Below the pieces are notes generated by a model. That model had not been told where the DNA came from. It ran no database searches and saw only the letters and a program-made list of their open reading frames with translations. A stretch of 64,000 nt of DNA from Meiothermus sp. (GTDB taxonomy: Bacteria > Deinococcota > Deinococci > Deinococcales > Thermaceae): positions 35,708-99,707 of the forward strand of contig JANRLD010000054.1 of NCBI GenBank assembly GCA_033762915.1, in the 5' to 3' direction. Position 1 is the first letter of the stretch; each line of letters starts with the position of its first letter. Made by a program: the position numbers and the translations under genes. Below, in pieces: positions 1 through 9,490 of the stretch.

Positions 1-1
1 C

Positions 2-1354
2 GGGGAGATCTGCCCGCTGTGCGGCCAGACCGTGGCCACCGTACCGCCGCCGCAGGCGCTGGCCGATGTCCAGGCCATGCAGGCCGAGGTGGCCCGTCGG
101 GAGGGCGCGCTGAGTGAGTCAAGGGCCGACTACAAGGCCAAGACCGACCTGCTCAAAGACCTCAAGGAGCGCCTGCCCCGGCTGCTCGAGCAAATCCAGA
201 CCCAGCAGGACGAGGACCAGCGGGCCCGCGAGGACTTAGAGGCCCTGCGGGCCAGAACCGCCAGCCTGGGCACACCCGAGCAGGCCACCGACGAGCGCCT
301 GCGGCGGCTGGCCGGGCTGGCCGAAGTGATCCGCAAGGCCACCGCGGGCCAGCCAGTCCGGGCCTACGGCGATGGCCTGCAGGCCCGGCTCAAGCAGTCC
401 GAGGCCAGGGCCAGAACCATCGCCGACCTCGAGGCCGGGCTGACCGAGTCCAGGCGCCAGGTCGAGCGCCTTTCCGACCGGGCTAAGGATCGCCAGGGCT
501 TCAAAGAGGGGCTGGAGGCCTCGGTTACCGTGCTGCTCTCCGAAGCGCAGTTTGACAGCGCCCAGTCGGTCAGGGCCGCCCGCCGCAGTCCACAGGAGGT
601 GGCCGCACTCCAAGCCAAGCAGACCCAGCACGAGCACGAAGGGATCGAGATCGCCTCTGAGCTTAAGCGGCTCGAGGCCGAGCTGGGCTCGCAGGACCCG
701 GTGACCGAAGCCGCCGTGCGCGAGGCCAGGGAAACCCTGGCCAGCCTCAAGCACTCCGTCGCCGCCCACAAGGAGCAGATCGGGCGCACCAAGGCCGACC
801 TCGAGCGGCTGCAGGCCCAACTGGTGCGCAAGCGCGAGGTGCTGAAGAAGAAGGCCGAGCTCGACCAGAAGACCGACCTCTGGGAGCAGCTCTTCGCCGA
901 CCTTAAAGGCGACCGATTCCAGGACTTCTTGCTCGAGCGCTACCAGTCTGGGCTTCTGGGACGGGCCTCCGAACTCATCAAGACCCTTTCGCAAAACCGC
1001 TATACCCTGCGCCTCGACGACGGCGAGTACAAGGTGCTCGATCGCTGGAACGACGCCCTCCGCCCGGTCCGCACCCTCTCCGGCGGCGAGAGCTTCATGG
1101 CCAGCCTGAGCCTGGCGCTGAGCCTGTCCGAGCACCTATCCCGGGGCCGGATTGGGGCGCTGTTTCTGGACGAGGGCTTCGGCACCCTGGACGCCGAGAC
1201 CCTCGAGCAGGTCGCTGGGGTGCTCGAGGCCCTGCCCACCCAGGGCCGCCTGGTCGGCATCGTCACCCACGTCGAGGCGCTGGCCGAGCGGCTCCCGGCC
1301 CGGCTGCTGGTCGAGAAGTCGCCCGCCGGAAGCAAGGTAAGCTGGCGGGATTAA
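2..1354 (+). CDS. sbcC: SbcC/Rad50 exonuclease ATPase subunit, C-terminal part (5' truncated by window)
   Basis: Frame open from base 2: GEICPLCGQ zinc hook, coiled coil, then LSGGE signature, ALFLDEGFGTLD Walker B/D-loop and IVTH H-loop. Confidence 0.95.
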   Translation, partial: GEICPLCGQTVATVPPPQALADVQAMQAEVARREGALSESRADYKAKTDLLKDLKERLPRLLEQIQTQQDEDQRAREDLEALRARTASLGTPEQATDERLRRLAGLAEVIRKATAGQPVRAYGDGLQARLKQSEARARTIADLEAGLTESRRQVERLSDRAKDRQGFKEGLEASVTVLLSEAQFDSAQSVRAARRSPQEVAALQAKQTQHEHEGIEIASELKRLEAELGSQDPVTEAAVREARETLASLKHSVAAHKEQIGRTKADLERLQAQLVRKREVLKKKAELDQKTDLWEQLFADLKGDRFQDFLLERYQSGLLGRASELIKTLSQNRYTLRLDDGEYKVLDRWNDALRPVRTLSGGESFMASLSLALSLSEHLSRGRIGALFLDEGFGTLDAETLEQVAGVLEALPTQGRLVGIVTHVEALAERLPARLLVEKSPAGSKVSWRD

Positions 1355-1406
1355 GGTCTGCTGTGGCGCTGCGAAGCGCCGCCCCTGTGGAGCCCTCGGC
1401 CGCCGC

Positions 1407-2636
1407 TCACGCCGTGTGGCGCATGGCCTCTACGGGCTGCAGGCGGCCGGCCAGCCAGGCCGGCCACAGCGCGGCCAGAATGGCGGTGGCCAGGACGAAG
1501 GCCAGGGTGATCAAGACTTGCTCGAGGGTGATGGCCCCGTACATCACCAGAGGCGTACCAAACTCGGCATAGGACTCAGCGTTGGGCAGCGAGAAGCCCC
1601 GGCTCATGCGGGAGATGATGCCCAGCCCCAGCACAAAGCCCACCAGCCCCCCGCTCCACACCAGCACCAGGCTCTCTAAAACGACCATCTGCATCACCTT
1701 CCAGCGGGTGGCTCCCAGCGCGATGATGGTTCCGAACTCGCCAATGCGCTCGGTCAGCCCCAGGTAGATGGTGTTGACCAGCAGCAGCCCGGCCAGCAGG
1801 AAGAACAGCGCGTCGAACAGGAGGATGGTCGGGTCGATAATGCCGATGTAGCTGGCCATGCTGGGGTTGGCCTCGCGCCAGTGCTCCACCGACAGCGCCC
1901 CGCCCAGCCTCGAGGCGATTTCGGCCCTTAGGGGGTCAATCCTCACCTCGTCCACCAGGCGGCGCAGCCCCGGCAGATACACCTGGAACTCGGTCGTGGC
2001 GCCCGGGACGGTGAGCGCCTGGGCGGCGGGCAGCGGCAGGTAGGCGAAGCGGGCCTCGAGCGACTGCTCGGGCAGGTCCAGCAACCCCACCAGCCGGTAG
2101 GCCATCGCCCCCGCCCCCCCGGTGCCCGGCGCGAAGGCATACACGGTTTCACCCAGCCGCACGTCCAGGGCCTTGGCCAGGGCCTGCCCCAGGGCGATCT
2201 CGTCCAGCGCCTCGGCGTCGGGCAAGCGGCCCTCGCGCAAGTAGCGTTCACCGAACCGCTGGAGCTGGCCCGCCGGGGCACGCTCGCCCAGCAGACCGAC
2301 CCCCCTCGAGCGCTCTTCGCCCGCCAGCAGCGCGGGCACTTCCAGCAGCGCCTTGACCTCGGCCCCCTGCGCCACGGCTCGCAAGGTACTCTGAACCGAT
2401 CCGGCGTCCCGGATCAGCAGGCGGTCGAACTCGCGGATGTCGCGGTAGCCCTTCACCCGCACCGAGATGTGTCCCGCGCCCTCGGTGAGGCGCTGGAACA
2501 AGCCGTTCTTGAAGGCTTCCAGCAGGCCGAAGTAGGCCAGCGCGGAGGCCACCACAAAGGCCACCACCGCCGCCGTGATCAGGCTGCGCCCCCTTTGCCG
2601 CCAGATGTTGCGCCAGGCTAAGGCCCACATGCTCAC
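1407..2636 (-). CDS. ABC transporter permease, FtsX/LolE/MacB-like
   Basis: LAWRNIWR N-terminus, periplasmic domain, ERIGEFGTIIALGA motif, PAWLAGRLQPVEAMR C-terminus; start may be 2630. Confidence 0.9.
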   Translation of the reverse strand: MSMWALAWRNIWRQRGRSLITAAVVAFVVASALAYFGLLEAFKNGLFQRLTEGAGHISVRVKGYRDIREFDRLLIRDAGSVQSTLRAVAQGAEVKALLEVPALLAGEERSRGVGLLGERAPAGQLQRFGERYLREGRLPDAEALDEIALGQALAKALDVRLGETVYAFAPGTGGAGAMAYRLVGLLDLPEQSLEARFAYLPLPAAQALTVPGATTEFQVYLPGLRRLVDEVRIDPLRAEIASRLGGALSVEHWREANPSMASYIGIIDPTILLFDALFFLLAGLLLVNTIYLGLTERIGEFGTIIALGATRWKVMQMVVLESLVLVWSGGLVGFVLGLGIISRMSRGFSLPNAESYAEFGTPLVMYGAITLEQVLITLAFVLATAILAALWPAWLAGRLQPVEAMRHTA

Positions 2637-2640
2637 TCCT

Positions 2641-3852
2641 TTACTGCATCCGCATGGCCTCGGTGGGCTTAAGCCGCAGCACCCGCCGGGCAGGGATCAG
2701 TATCGAGAAGACTGCGGCCAGAAGGATGGTAAGGGTGGCGTAGAGGCCGTATACGGGGCTGGGGTCGGGGTAGATCTCGGAGGTGAGCCCTGCCGCCGGG
2801 AAGGCCCCAATCAGCTCTCGCATAATCGGCCCCAGCACGTTGTGGGTGGCCATATAGCCGATCAGTGCGTAGGCCACCACCAGCCCCAGCAGCCAGCCCA
2901 GGAAGGTGGTTAGAACCGACTCGAGCGTGACCATCACCGCCAGCCCCCTCGGCGAAAGCCCCACCGCCACGATAATGCCGAACTCTCGAGTACGCTCGAT
3001 TACGCTAACCAGCACCGCGCTCGTCACCGCGAACGCGGCCACCAGGCCGAAGAGCAGACCGAACAGGGGTACGAACTGGTTCTCGAGTTCGATGTCAGTC
3101 CGGATGGCCCCCAGCAGGTCCCATATCCCGCTGGTCTGAAGGTCGTGCGGAAGGCGCTTCTGGATGGCTTGGGCGGTCGCCGCCTCCCGGCCCCAGGGGA
3201 CGCTCAGCGCGACCGAGGTCGCGGTCGTGACCCCGGTCAGGGCGCGGGCCTGCTCGAGGGAGATCAGCACCGCCGACTCGTCGAGGTTGGGCATGTAGAC
3301 CCTGAGCAGACCCACCACCCGCAGCCCGGCGGCCTGAGGCCCGGCTAGAGCGGCCGTGTCCAGCACCAGACGCTCGCCCACCCGCACGTCGAGTCGCTCG
3401 GCCAGCTTGTACCCCAGCACCGCCTCGCCCCTGCCCCGAATCCAGCGCCCCTCGCCGACGCCCGTGGGCAGCCGGCTCACCCGGCCCTCGGTGGCCGGGT
3501 CGACCCCCCGCACCAGCACCCCCTCGGAGGCGTAGGCCGAGCGAACCAGGGCGGGGAAATCCAGGCGCAGCGTGAAGGCGCTCACCTGGGGATGCTGCAG
3601 TGTCTCGAGGAAATCCAGGTTGGGCAGGGCGTGGGTGGGGTCGGGGTCGTCGGCCCAGGCCCGGCTCGAGACCTGCACAGAGGCCGAAACGTAGAGCGCG
3701 TTGGCCCGCACCGCGCCGTCGTTGGCTCCGTTGTTAAAGCTCCACAAGAACGCGATCATAAACGTGGCATAGGCCACCACCAGCACCAGCAGTCCGGTGC
3801 GGGTCTTGTGCCGCCAAAGGTTGCGCCAAGCCAGCCGCAGCAGGGGGGTCAC
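2641..3852 (-). CDS. ABC transporter permease, FtsX/LolE/MacB-like
   Basis: LAWRNLWRHKTRT, ERTREFGIIVAVG, PARRVLRLKPTEAMR; GGAGG RBS; tandem with the next permease. Confidence 0.9.
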   Translation of the reverse strand: MTPLLRLAWRNLWRHKTRTGLLVLVVAYATFMIAFLWSFNNGANDGAVRANALYVSASVQVSSRAWADDPDPTHALPNLDFLETLQHPQVSAFTLRLDFPALVRSAYASEGVLVRGVDPATEGRVSRLPTGVGEGRWIRGRGEAVLGYKLAERLDVRVGERLVLDTAALAGPQAAGLRVVGLLRVYMPNLDESAVLISLEQARALTGVTTATSVALSVPWGREAATAQAIQKRLPHDLQTSGIWDLLGAIRTDIELENQFVPLFGLLFGLVAAFAVTSAVLVSVIERTREFGIIVAVGLSPRGLAVMVTLESVLTTFLGWLLGLVVAYALIGYMATHNVLGPIMRELIGAFPAAGLTSEIYPDPSPVYGLYATLTILLAAVFSILIPARRVLRLKPTEAMRMQ

Positions 3853-4185
3853 GGCACCTCCTTCACCAAAGCGGGCGTTCGCCCTGGCTGGAGTAGACCT
3901 CGAGGGAGTTACGGGGGCATTACCTCTGGCCCATCGGGGCTGCGTGGGATGGAGAACCTACCTGCCAGCACCCGCTTCCCACCAAGGCGGCCGTACACCC
4001 CAACCCACGCCCCAAAGACAGAGCGGCCCTCACAAACCTGGGTGTGGCGGTGTGCGGTACCGGATACATCGCGGCGCTCCGCTTCTGGCCCCAAGGGCGG
4101 GAAACACGACCAGACCCAGCGGTGCCTGTCGTGTAATGGCTGGGTAACACTCAAGGTCTAGGGTGAGCCACCTAAGGAGGTAGTT

Positions 4186-4392
4186 GTGCCTCAGCCCAAG
4201 ATAGTCTGCCAACACTGCGGGGGAATCTTCTCGGTAGGGGGTTTCGACTTCCCCGACCGGGAGACCCTCGAGGACAGCGACCTGCTGGACGTGCGCAGCT
4301 TCTGTCCGCTGTGCGAGAAGGAGAACATCTGGAACAAGGATGACGTGGTCAACACCCTCGAGTTCTCCAGAAAACAACTGGTCGTGCCCTAG
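4186..4392 (+). CDS. small putative zinc-ribbon protein (68 aa)
   Basis: TAAGGAGG RBS before GTG; CQHC and CPLC pairs. Confidence 0.7.
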   Translation: MPQPKIVCQHCGGIFSVGGFDFPDRETLEDSDLLDVRSFCPLCEKENIWNKDDVVNTLEFSRKQLVVP

Positions 4393-4591
4393 CATCGGCT
4401 TTCGGCTAGTGCGGATGAACTGGGCACCCTGGAGGCCTGGGACGTGCTGGGGGTGACGCGGGAAGAACTCACCCTGGAACAAGAAGCAACCCTAAGGTCG
4501 AGTGTTTCCAGCCTCGAGCTATGGGTTGAGTTTAGTGGATGGTCACAGATGAAGGAGCGTTCGCGCAGCCCACAGGCTAACTGGGCAAACC

Positions 4592-7054
4592 TTAGGGGCC
4601 GCCCACGGTGCGGCTGGCCACCACCTTCGGGCTGGCGGGCATCCCCTTCCAGACCTCGGGGGTCTCGAGCAGTTCGATCTTGTGGAGCGCTCGTTGGGCG
4701 GGCAGGTTTACGCCCCAGACCTTGAAGCTGTCTCCACTCAGCGGGTCGGCGGCACCGGCCTTATAGCTGCTGCTGAACCATCCCCTGAATCCGCCTTGCA
4801 AGGCCAGATGTTGGGTGCTGCCGTCGGCGTAGGTGACGCGCAGGGTGTAGTCGCAGCCGGAGGCGCGGCAGTACCAGTAGTAGGTGCCGGTGTTGGGGAC
4901 GATCAGGGCGCGCCCGGAGGCGTCGGTGGGGTCAATCAGGCGCCGCAGGTTGCCGGTGTAGCTGAGGGGCGGGTAGATCTGGGTGGTCTCGAGGTTGTAG
5001 GTGAGGGGGGCCTGGGTGCTGGTGAGGCTGGCGGTCAGCACGACGGTGTGCACCGGCACGTTGCGCTCCAGCGGCAGCCCATCCTCGAAGCCCCACACCC
5101 CGCCGTCGCTGGTCTTGGGCTCAACGCTCACCAGTCTGGCGTCCAGGCTGTCCCAGCGGCTGTATCCGGTCGAGGAGGTGGGGTCGACAAAGATCCGCCC
5201 GCCGTCGTAGGTGCGCTTACCCGCGTTGTCCTTGGCGGTGCCCTCGAGGTAGTGCTGCACCACGGCGGCATTGAAGTCTGAGAACATCGTGAACCTGTAG
5301 CCCGCCGCCTGATCGCCCGAGCCGCTTTGCATGGGGTCTTGCTTGACGCAGCGGCCCTGCTCGTCGAGCTGGCGGCCCATCGGAAAGCCGCCACTGCGAC
5401 ATCCGGCGAAGCGCGAGGCAGTGGTTGGCACGAAGGTTCCCAGGAACTCCTGGCGGGTCTGGTCGTAGCCCCAGCTCGAGCCCTTAAGGCTGCCCCCGAC
5501 GTAGGGGTAGGTGCCGTCGGTGTAGCCGTCGTTGGCGTGGGGCATGCCGAAGGCGTGGCCCTGCTCGTGGATGAAGACTCCCCGGTAGGCGTGATCGCCC
5601 GTACCGCGATGCCCGCCACCCAGGCCACCGCCCGGGCCGCTGTAGCTGCCGGCCTGGTTTGCCATCAGGAGCGGGGCATAGTAGTGGTTGGCGGTGGGGC
5701 CATCGCCGTTGGCATCGCGGATGGCGCTGAGGGTGTCGAGCACCGCGCTCATTACCGCGTAGCCGTCGCCCTGCTGCTCCTTATAGGTGACCCGCTGCGC
5801 GGCACGGCCTTGGCGAGGCCCGACCACGATGTACGGCCAGACGATCTTTTGGGCGGGGTGATTGAGCGCCTCGAGCCTGGCAAAGGGGTGCTTGGCGAAG
5901 TACTCGTCCTGGGTGGGCAGGTCGGGCGCTCCGGTCTGGCTGAGGGGGATGTCGGCCTCGGTCAGTCCGAACAGGTAGAAGGGCAAGGTGTACAGGGTGA
6001 AGGATGAGGGCGCACCCACCCGCACGGCCCGGCTGGCGCTGACCTGACCCTCGTTCGCCCGCACGCGCAGCTCGAGGCCCGGCCGGACCCAGGCTTTGTC
6101 CAGCATGGCCCAGTACGCGGTGGTGGAGTAGGTGGGGCCGCCTGCCTCGGTTTTGGGCAGGGTGGCGGGGGTGTTCAGCGTGACCTCGCCGAGCTTCTGG
6201 CCCCTCAGTAGCGCCTCGAGTACGGGGCTGTCCACCCGGTTGGCAGCGCTCGAGAGGTCCAGCAGCACCAGCGCTTCGCGGCTCCCAACCAAGTGCAGGT
6301 TGTACTTGGCGAGCTTATCGCCCGCCCAGCTCCTACCTTCGGCGGGGATTAGGTGGGTCTGGACCAACTCGAGCTTGTCTATTTTGGGCTGGTCGTCCAA
6401 CGGGTTGATGGTCAGCAGCACTCGGGCTTGGGCGGTTTTTGTGCCGTTGCTGGAACGATAGGTGAAGCCGTCCTGGGTGGTTTGTGAGTGGTCGTGGGTG
6501 TAGGTGAACGAGCCGTCCGATTTCAAACTGAGCTGCCCGTGTGCGGGGGCCTCGACCAGTTCTGTGCTTAGGGCGGTCTTGAGGGGGTTGGTGTCGTTAG
6601 AGAGAACGCCCTTTTCGGCTCCGACGTTAAGCGTGGCCCCTTCCTCGAGGGTGTAGGCATCCGCGACGGCCACAGGCGCGTCGGGTGGGCTGGGTTGCAG
6701 GGTCAGGGTCACCTCGGCACCGGACTCGCCACCGGGGCCGCTCAGGGTGTAGCTGAAGCGGTCTGCGGTGTCGGTGCTGCCGTCGTGCTGGTAGCTGAAG
6801 GAGCCGTCAGGAGACAGCTCGAGCGTCCCCCGTTGGGGCAGGGTCTTGAGCGTCAGCTTGGACCCGGCCGGCGCGGTATCGTTGGCGAGTAGGCCATTGG
6901 CCTTTTCCACTCGAGACAAAACGCCTTGAGTGAAGGTGTAGCTGTCGGCAACGGCCAGCACCGGCTGTGCACCGGGAGTTTTGGCGTTGTTTGTATTCTG
7001 GCTGCACCCACAAAGTAGCGCTATTAGGACCGCAGATAGGAGTCTGTGATACAC
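4592..7054 (-). CDS. secreted lipoprotein zinc metalloprotease, M66 (StcE/TagA)-like, with two N-terminal Ig/cadherin-like repeats
   Basis: LCGC lipobox; two PVAVADxY...GxLxND...DGSFxY repeats; HEQGHAFGMPH (HExxHxxGxxH); WGYD and DPMQ downstream motifs. Confidence 0.85.
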   Translation of the reverse strand: MYHRLLSAVLIALLCGCSQNTNNAKTPGAQPVLAVADSYTFTQGVLSRVEKANGLLANDTAPAGSKLTLKTLPQRGTLELSPDGSFSYQHDGSTDTADRFSYTLSGPGGESGAEVTLTLQPSPPDAPVAVADAYTLEEGATLNVGAEKGVLSNDTNPLKTALSTELVEAPAHGQLSLKSDGSFTYTHDHSQTTQDGFTYRSSNGTKTAQARVLLTINPLDDQPKIDKLELVQTHLIPAEGRSWAGDKLAKYNLHLVGSREALVLLDLSSAANRVDSPVLEALLRGQKLGEVTLNTPATLPKTEAGGPTYSTTAYWAMLDKAWVRPGLELRVRANEGQVSASRAVRVGAPSSFTLYTLPFYLFGLTEADIPLSQTGAPDLPTQDEYFAKHPFARLEALNHPAQKIVWPYIVVGPRQGRAAQRVTYKEQQGDGYAVMSAVLDTLSAIRDANGDGPTANHYYAPLLMANQAGSYSGPGGGLGGGHRGTGDHAYRGVFIHEQGHAFGMPHANDGYTDGTYPYVGGSLKGSSWGYDQTRQEFLGTFVPTTASRFAGCRSGGFPMGRQLDEQGRCVKQDPMQSGSGDQAAGYRFTMFSDFNAAVVQHYLEGTAKDNAGKRTYDGGRIFVDPTSSTGYSRWDSLDARLVSVEPKTSDGGVWGFEDGLPLERNVPVHTVVLTASLTSTQAPLTYNLETTQIYPPLSYTGNLRRLIDPTDASGRALIVPNTGTYYWYCRASGCDYTLRVTYADGSTQHLALQGGFRGWFSSSYKAGAADPLSGDSFKVWGVNLPAQRALHKIELLETPEVWKGMPASPKVVASRTVGGP

Positions 7055-7379
7055 TGGCCGACCTCAACACCGCAGTCTATGCGTCGGGCACGAGAAGATT
7101 CGGTCAAAACAGGCGTAACTTAGCGATTCGGACATACCCCAAGGTAACGCGGCGTTTGTATCCCTCCCTGGACAGATCCCCGCTGAAGAGCATCAGCTCT
7201 CGGTCCGCCAGGATTAACACCTGGTAAGGTGCGCCGGGGTGGAAGTGCAGAAGCGGCGGACAGGGAAAATACGTGCCTGGAGCAACTCCGCAGGAGTTGG
7301 CGGGGGGTGTCGCACTTCAACTATGGAGGCCCTGTCTTCGATTGAGTACGCTTCCACCGGATTACCTACACCCGATGCA

Positions 7380-8657
7380 CTACCAGTTGGCCATCGAGTC
7401 GCGCAGGATTCGGGCCAGGTCTTCGCTCGAGGGCGCTTTTGGGGCAACGGCCAGCAGCCGCTGCTGGCGCGTAGCACCCTCCACCAGCACCGGGAGGTCC
7501 GAGGGTTCGTAGCCGAGCTCGGCCAGACCCGACGGCAGGCCCAGCCGCTGCATCAGGCCCATGAGCAGGTCGGGGAGGGTGTCCCTGTTGGGGCGCGGTA
7601 GGGGCGCCTGGGCCAGCAACTCGGCCGCGCGGTGGTGTTTGGCGGGGTCGGCGTCGTAGGTGAAGCGGAAGGCCGCCGGCGCGGTAAGGATCACCGAGAT
7701 GCCGTGGGGGACGTAGGGCGGGTGGGCCTCGTAGCCCGCGAAGCGCCGCTGGTGGCGCAGGCTGGCAATGGGGTAGGCGCAGGCGTGGGGGATGTGCACG
7801 CCCGCCGAGCCGAACCCGATGCCCGCCATGGTGGCGGCCAGCATCATCCGACCCCTGGCCTCGAGGTCCCCGCCGTCCCGCACGGCACGCTCGAGGTACC
7901 TGCCGCCGTACTCCAGCGCCACCCCCGACCACACGTCGGCGATGGGATTGGAGCCCTGGTAGGGGGGTCGCTCGTCCGGGCTGGCGGGTCTCGAGCGGCT
8001 ATCGAAGGGCCGGGCCAGAAAGGACTCGGCAGCGTGGCACACCACGTCGAGCCCCGCCGAGGCGGCCACCCCAGCGGGCGCGGTGCGGGCCAGCTCGGGG
8101 TCTACCAGGGCCCGGGCGGGCCGCAGGAAGCGGTGGGAGATGCCGGTCTTGGTGCGCAGCTCCGGCAGGTCCAGCACCGCGACCGTGGTGGCCTCAGAGC
8201 CCGAGCCGGAGGTTGTGGGGAAGGCGACCAGCGGCCTGAGCGGGGAAGGCGGCTTCCTGCCCAGCCCCACCGGGGGGTTAACGTAGTCCATCACCGACCC
8301 GCCATGGCAGGCCAGGAGGTTGGCGACCTTGGCGGTGTCGATGGTGGAGCCTCCGCCGAGCGCCACGTACCCGTCCGCCTCCACCGACCGGGCGAAGGCG
8401 GCGGCAGCCTCGAGCGACTCCAAGCTCGGCTCGACCCTCACTCCGCAGAACAGCTCGAACTCCACGCCCGCCGCGCGGATGGTGCCAAGCACGTTCTTTA
8501 CGGCCGGCAGCTCCTGCAGGTTCGGGTCCAGGTAGACCAGCACCCGCCGCAGCCCCAAGGCGCGCAACTCCCAGCCCGCCTCCAGCGCAGCCCCCGCCCC
8601 AAACTTGACGGGGGCGGCCTCGAAAGTGAAGACGTTTTCGGCGTCCACAGCGCTCAC
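7380..8657 (-). CDS. hydroxyacid-oxoacid transhydrogenase (iron-containing ADH family, ADHFE1/HOT-like)
   Basis: GGGSTIDTAK, PTTSGSGSEAT, GLDVVCHAAES, RPPYQGSNPIAD, GVHIPHACAYPI; GTG start overlaps upstream stop (GTGA). Confidence 0.88.
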   Translation of the reverse strand: MSAVDAENVFTFEAAPVKFGAGAALEAGWELRALGLRRVLVYLDPNLQELPAVKNVLGTIRAAGVEFELFCGVRVEPSLESLEAAAAFARSVEADGYVALGGGSTIDTAKVANLLACHGGSVMDYVNPPVGLGRKPPSPLRPLVAFPTTSGSGSEATTVAVLDLPELRTKTGISHRFLRPARALVDPELARTAPAGVAASAGLDVVCHAAESFLARPFDSRSRPASPDERPPYQGSNPIADVWSGVALEYGGRYLERAVRDGGDLEARGRMMLAATMAGIGFGSAGVHIPHACAYPIASLRHQRRFAGYEAHPPYVPHGISVILTAPAAFRFTYDADPAKHHRAAELLAQAPLPRPNRDTLPDLLMGLMQRLGLPSGLAELGYEPSDLPVLVEGATRQQRLLAVAPKAPSSEDLARILRDSMANW

Positions 8658-9490
8658 CCAGCCCTGGCCCGGTCGGCGAAGCGGGACCGCTGGCGCCGGG
8701 ACATCCACTCGCAGACCTCGGCAAGGTCGGCGACGGGCTGCCCGCTGTGGGGCAGTGTCGGCAGATACGGGGGCGGGCCGAACTCGGGGGTGAGGGTGCT
8801 GACCTCGAGGCCCCTCCCCTCCTGAGCCTCCCACACCAGGTCCCACCAGCCCTCGTGGGCCTGGAGATGGGCCGCGAACTCTGGGGCGCGGGGGTCGCTC
8901 ACCTGCGGTCCCTGCTCGTGTCCGACGCGTGCGTGGACATGGAGCGCTGCGCCGGCAGCCCGGGCGATCACCTCGCGCTGGTCCTCGATCAGCCGCTCGC
9001 ACACCACCACCCAGTGGCTGAAGTCCACGGTGAGCTGGAGCTCGGGGAAGGCCCGCAGCAGTCGGTCGGTGGCCCACGGACTGAAGGTGGGGCGGCCGCG
9101 GTGGGTCTCGAAGGCGGCCCGGACACCGAGCCGCCGGATCAGGGACAGGGCTTCGCCGAAGAAGTCGTCCTGTTCAGCCTCGCCCCAGCCGTCGTGGCCC
9201 CCATGGATGTTGACCAGCGCGGGGCCTAGGAACGAGGCCTGCTCGAGGCCCAACTCTAGCGAGGCCAGGTGGTCGGACACGGCCTGCCCCTGCCCGGCCC
9301 CCGCAGTCGTGGCCACCAGGGCAATCAGGCCCATCTGGTGGTCCTGCAGCGCCCGCGCCAGCGGCCCCAGGTCGCCCAGCCCGCCCAGCCAGACCTCCAC
9401 GCCCGCGTAGCCCAGCTGCCTGCAGCGCGGCACCCAGGCCTCCAGCGGGTCGGCGACGCCCCAGCGGTGGCGGTAGAGCTCCAACCTCAC
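8654..9490 (-). CDS. sugar phosphate isomerase/epimerase (xylose-isomerase-like TIM barrel)
   Basis: GYAGVE, FETHRGR, DFSHWVVVCER, HVHARVG, TPEFGP; GTG at 9490 overlaps the P450 stop. Confidence 0.85.
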   Translation of the reverse strand: MRLELYRHRWGVADPLEAWVPRCRQLGYAGVEVWLGGLGDLGPLARALQDHQMGLIALVATTAGAGQGQAVSDHLASLELGLEQASFLGPALVNIHGGHDGWGEAEQDDFFGEALSLIRRLGVRAAFETHRGRPTFSPWATDRLLRAFPELQLTVDFSHWVVVCERLIEDQREVIARAAGAALHVHARVGHEQGPQVSDPRAPEFAAHLQAHEGWWDLVWEAQEGRGLEVSTLTPEFGPPPYLPTLPHSGQPVADLAEVCEWMSRRQRSRFADRARAG

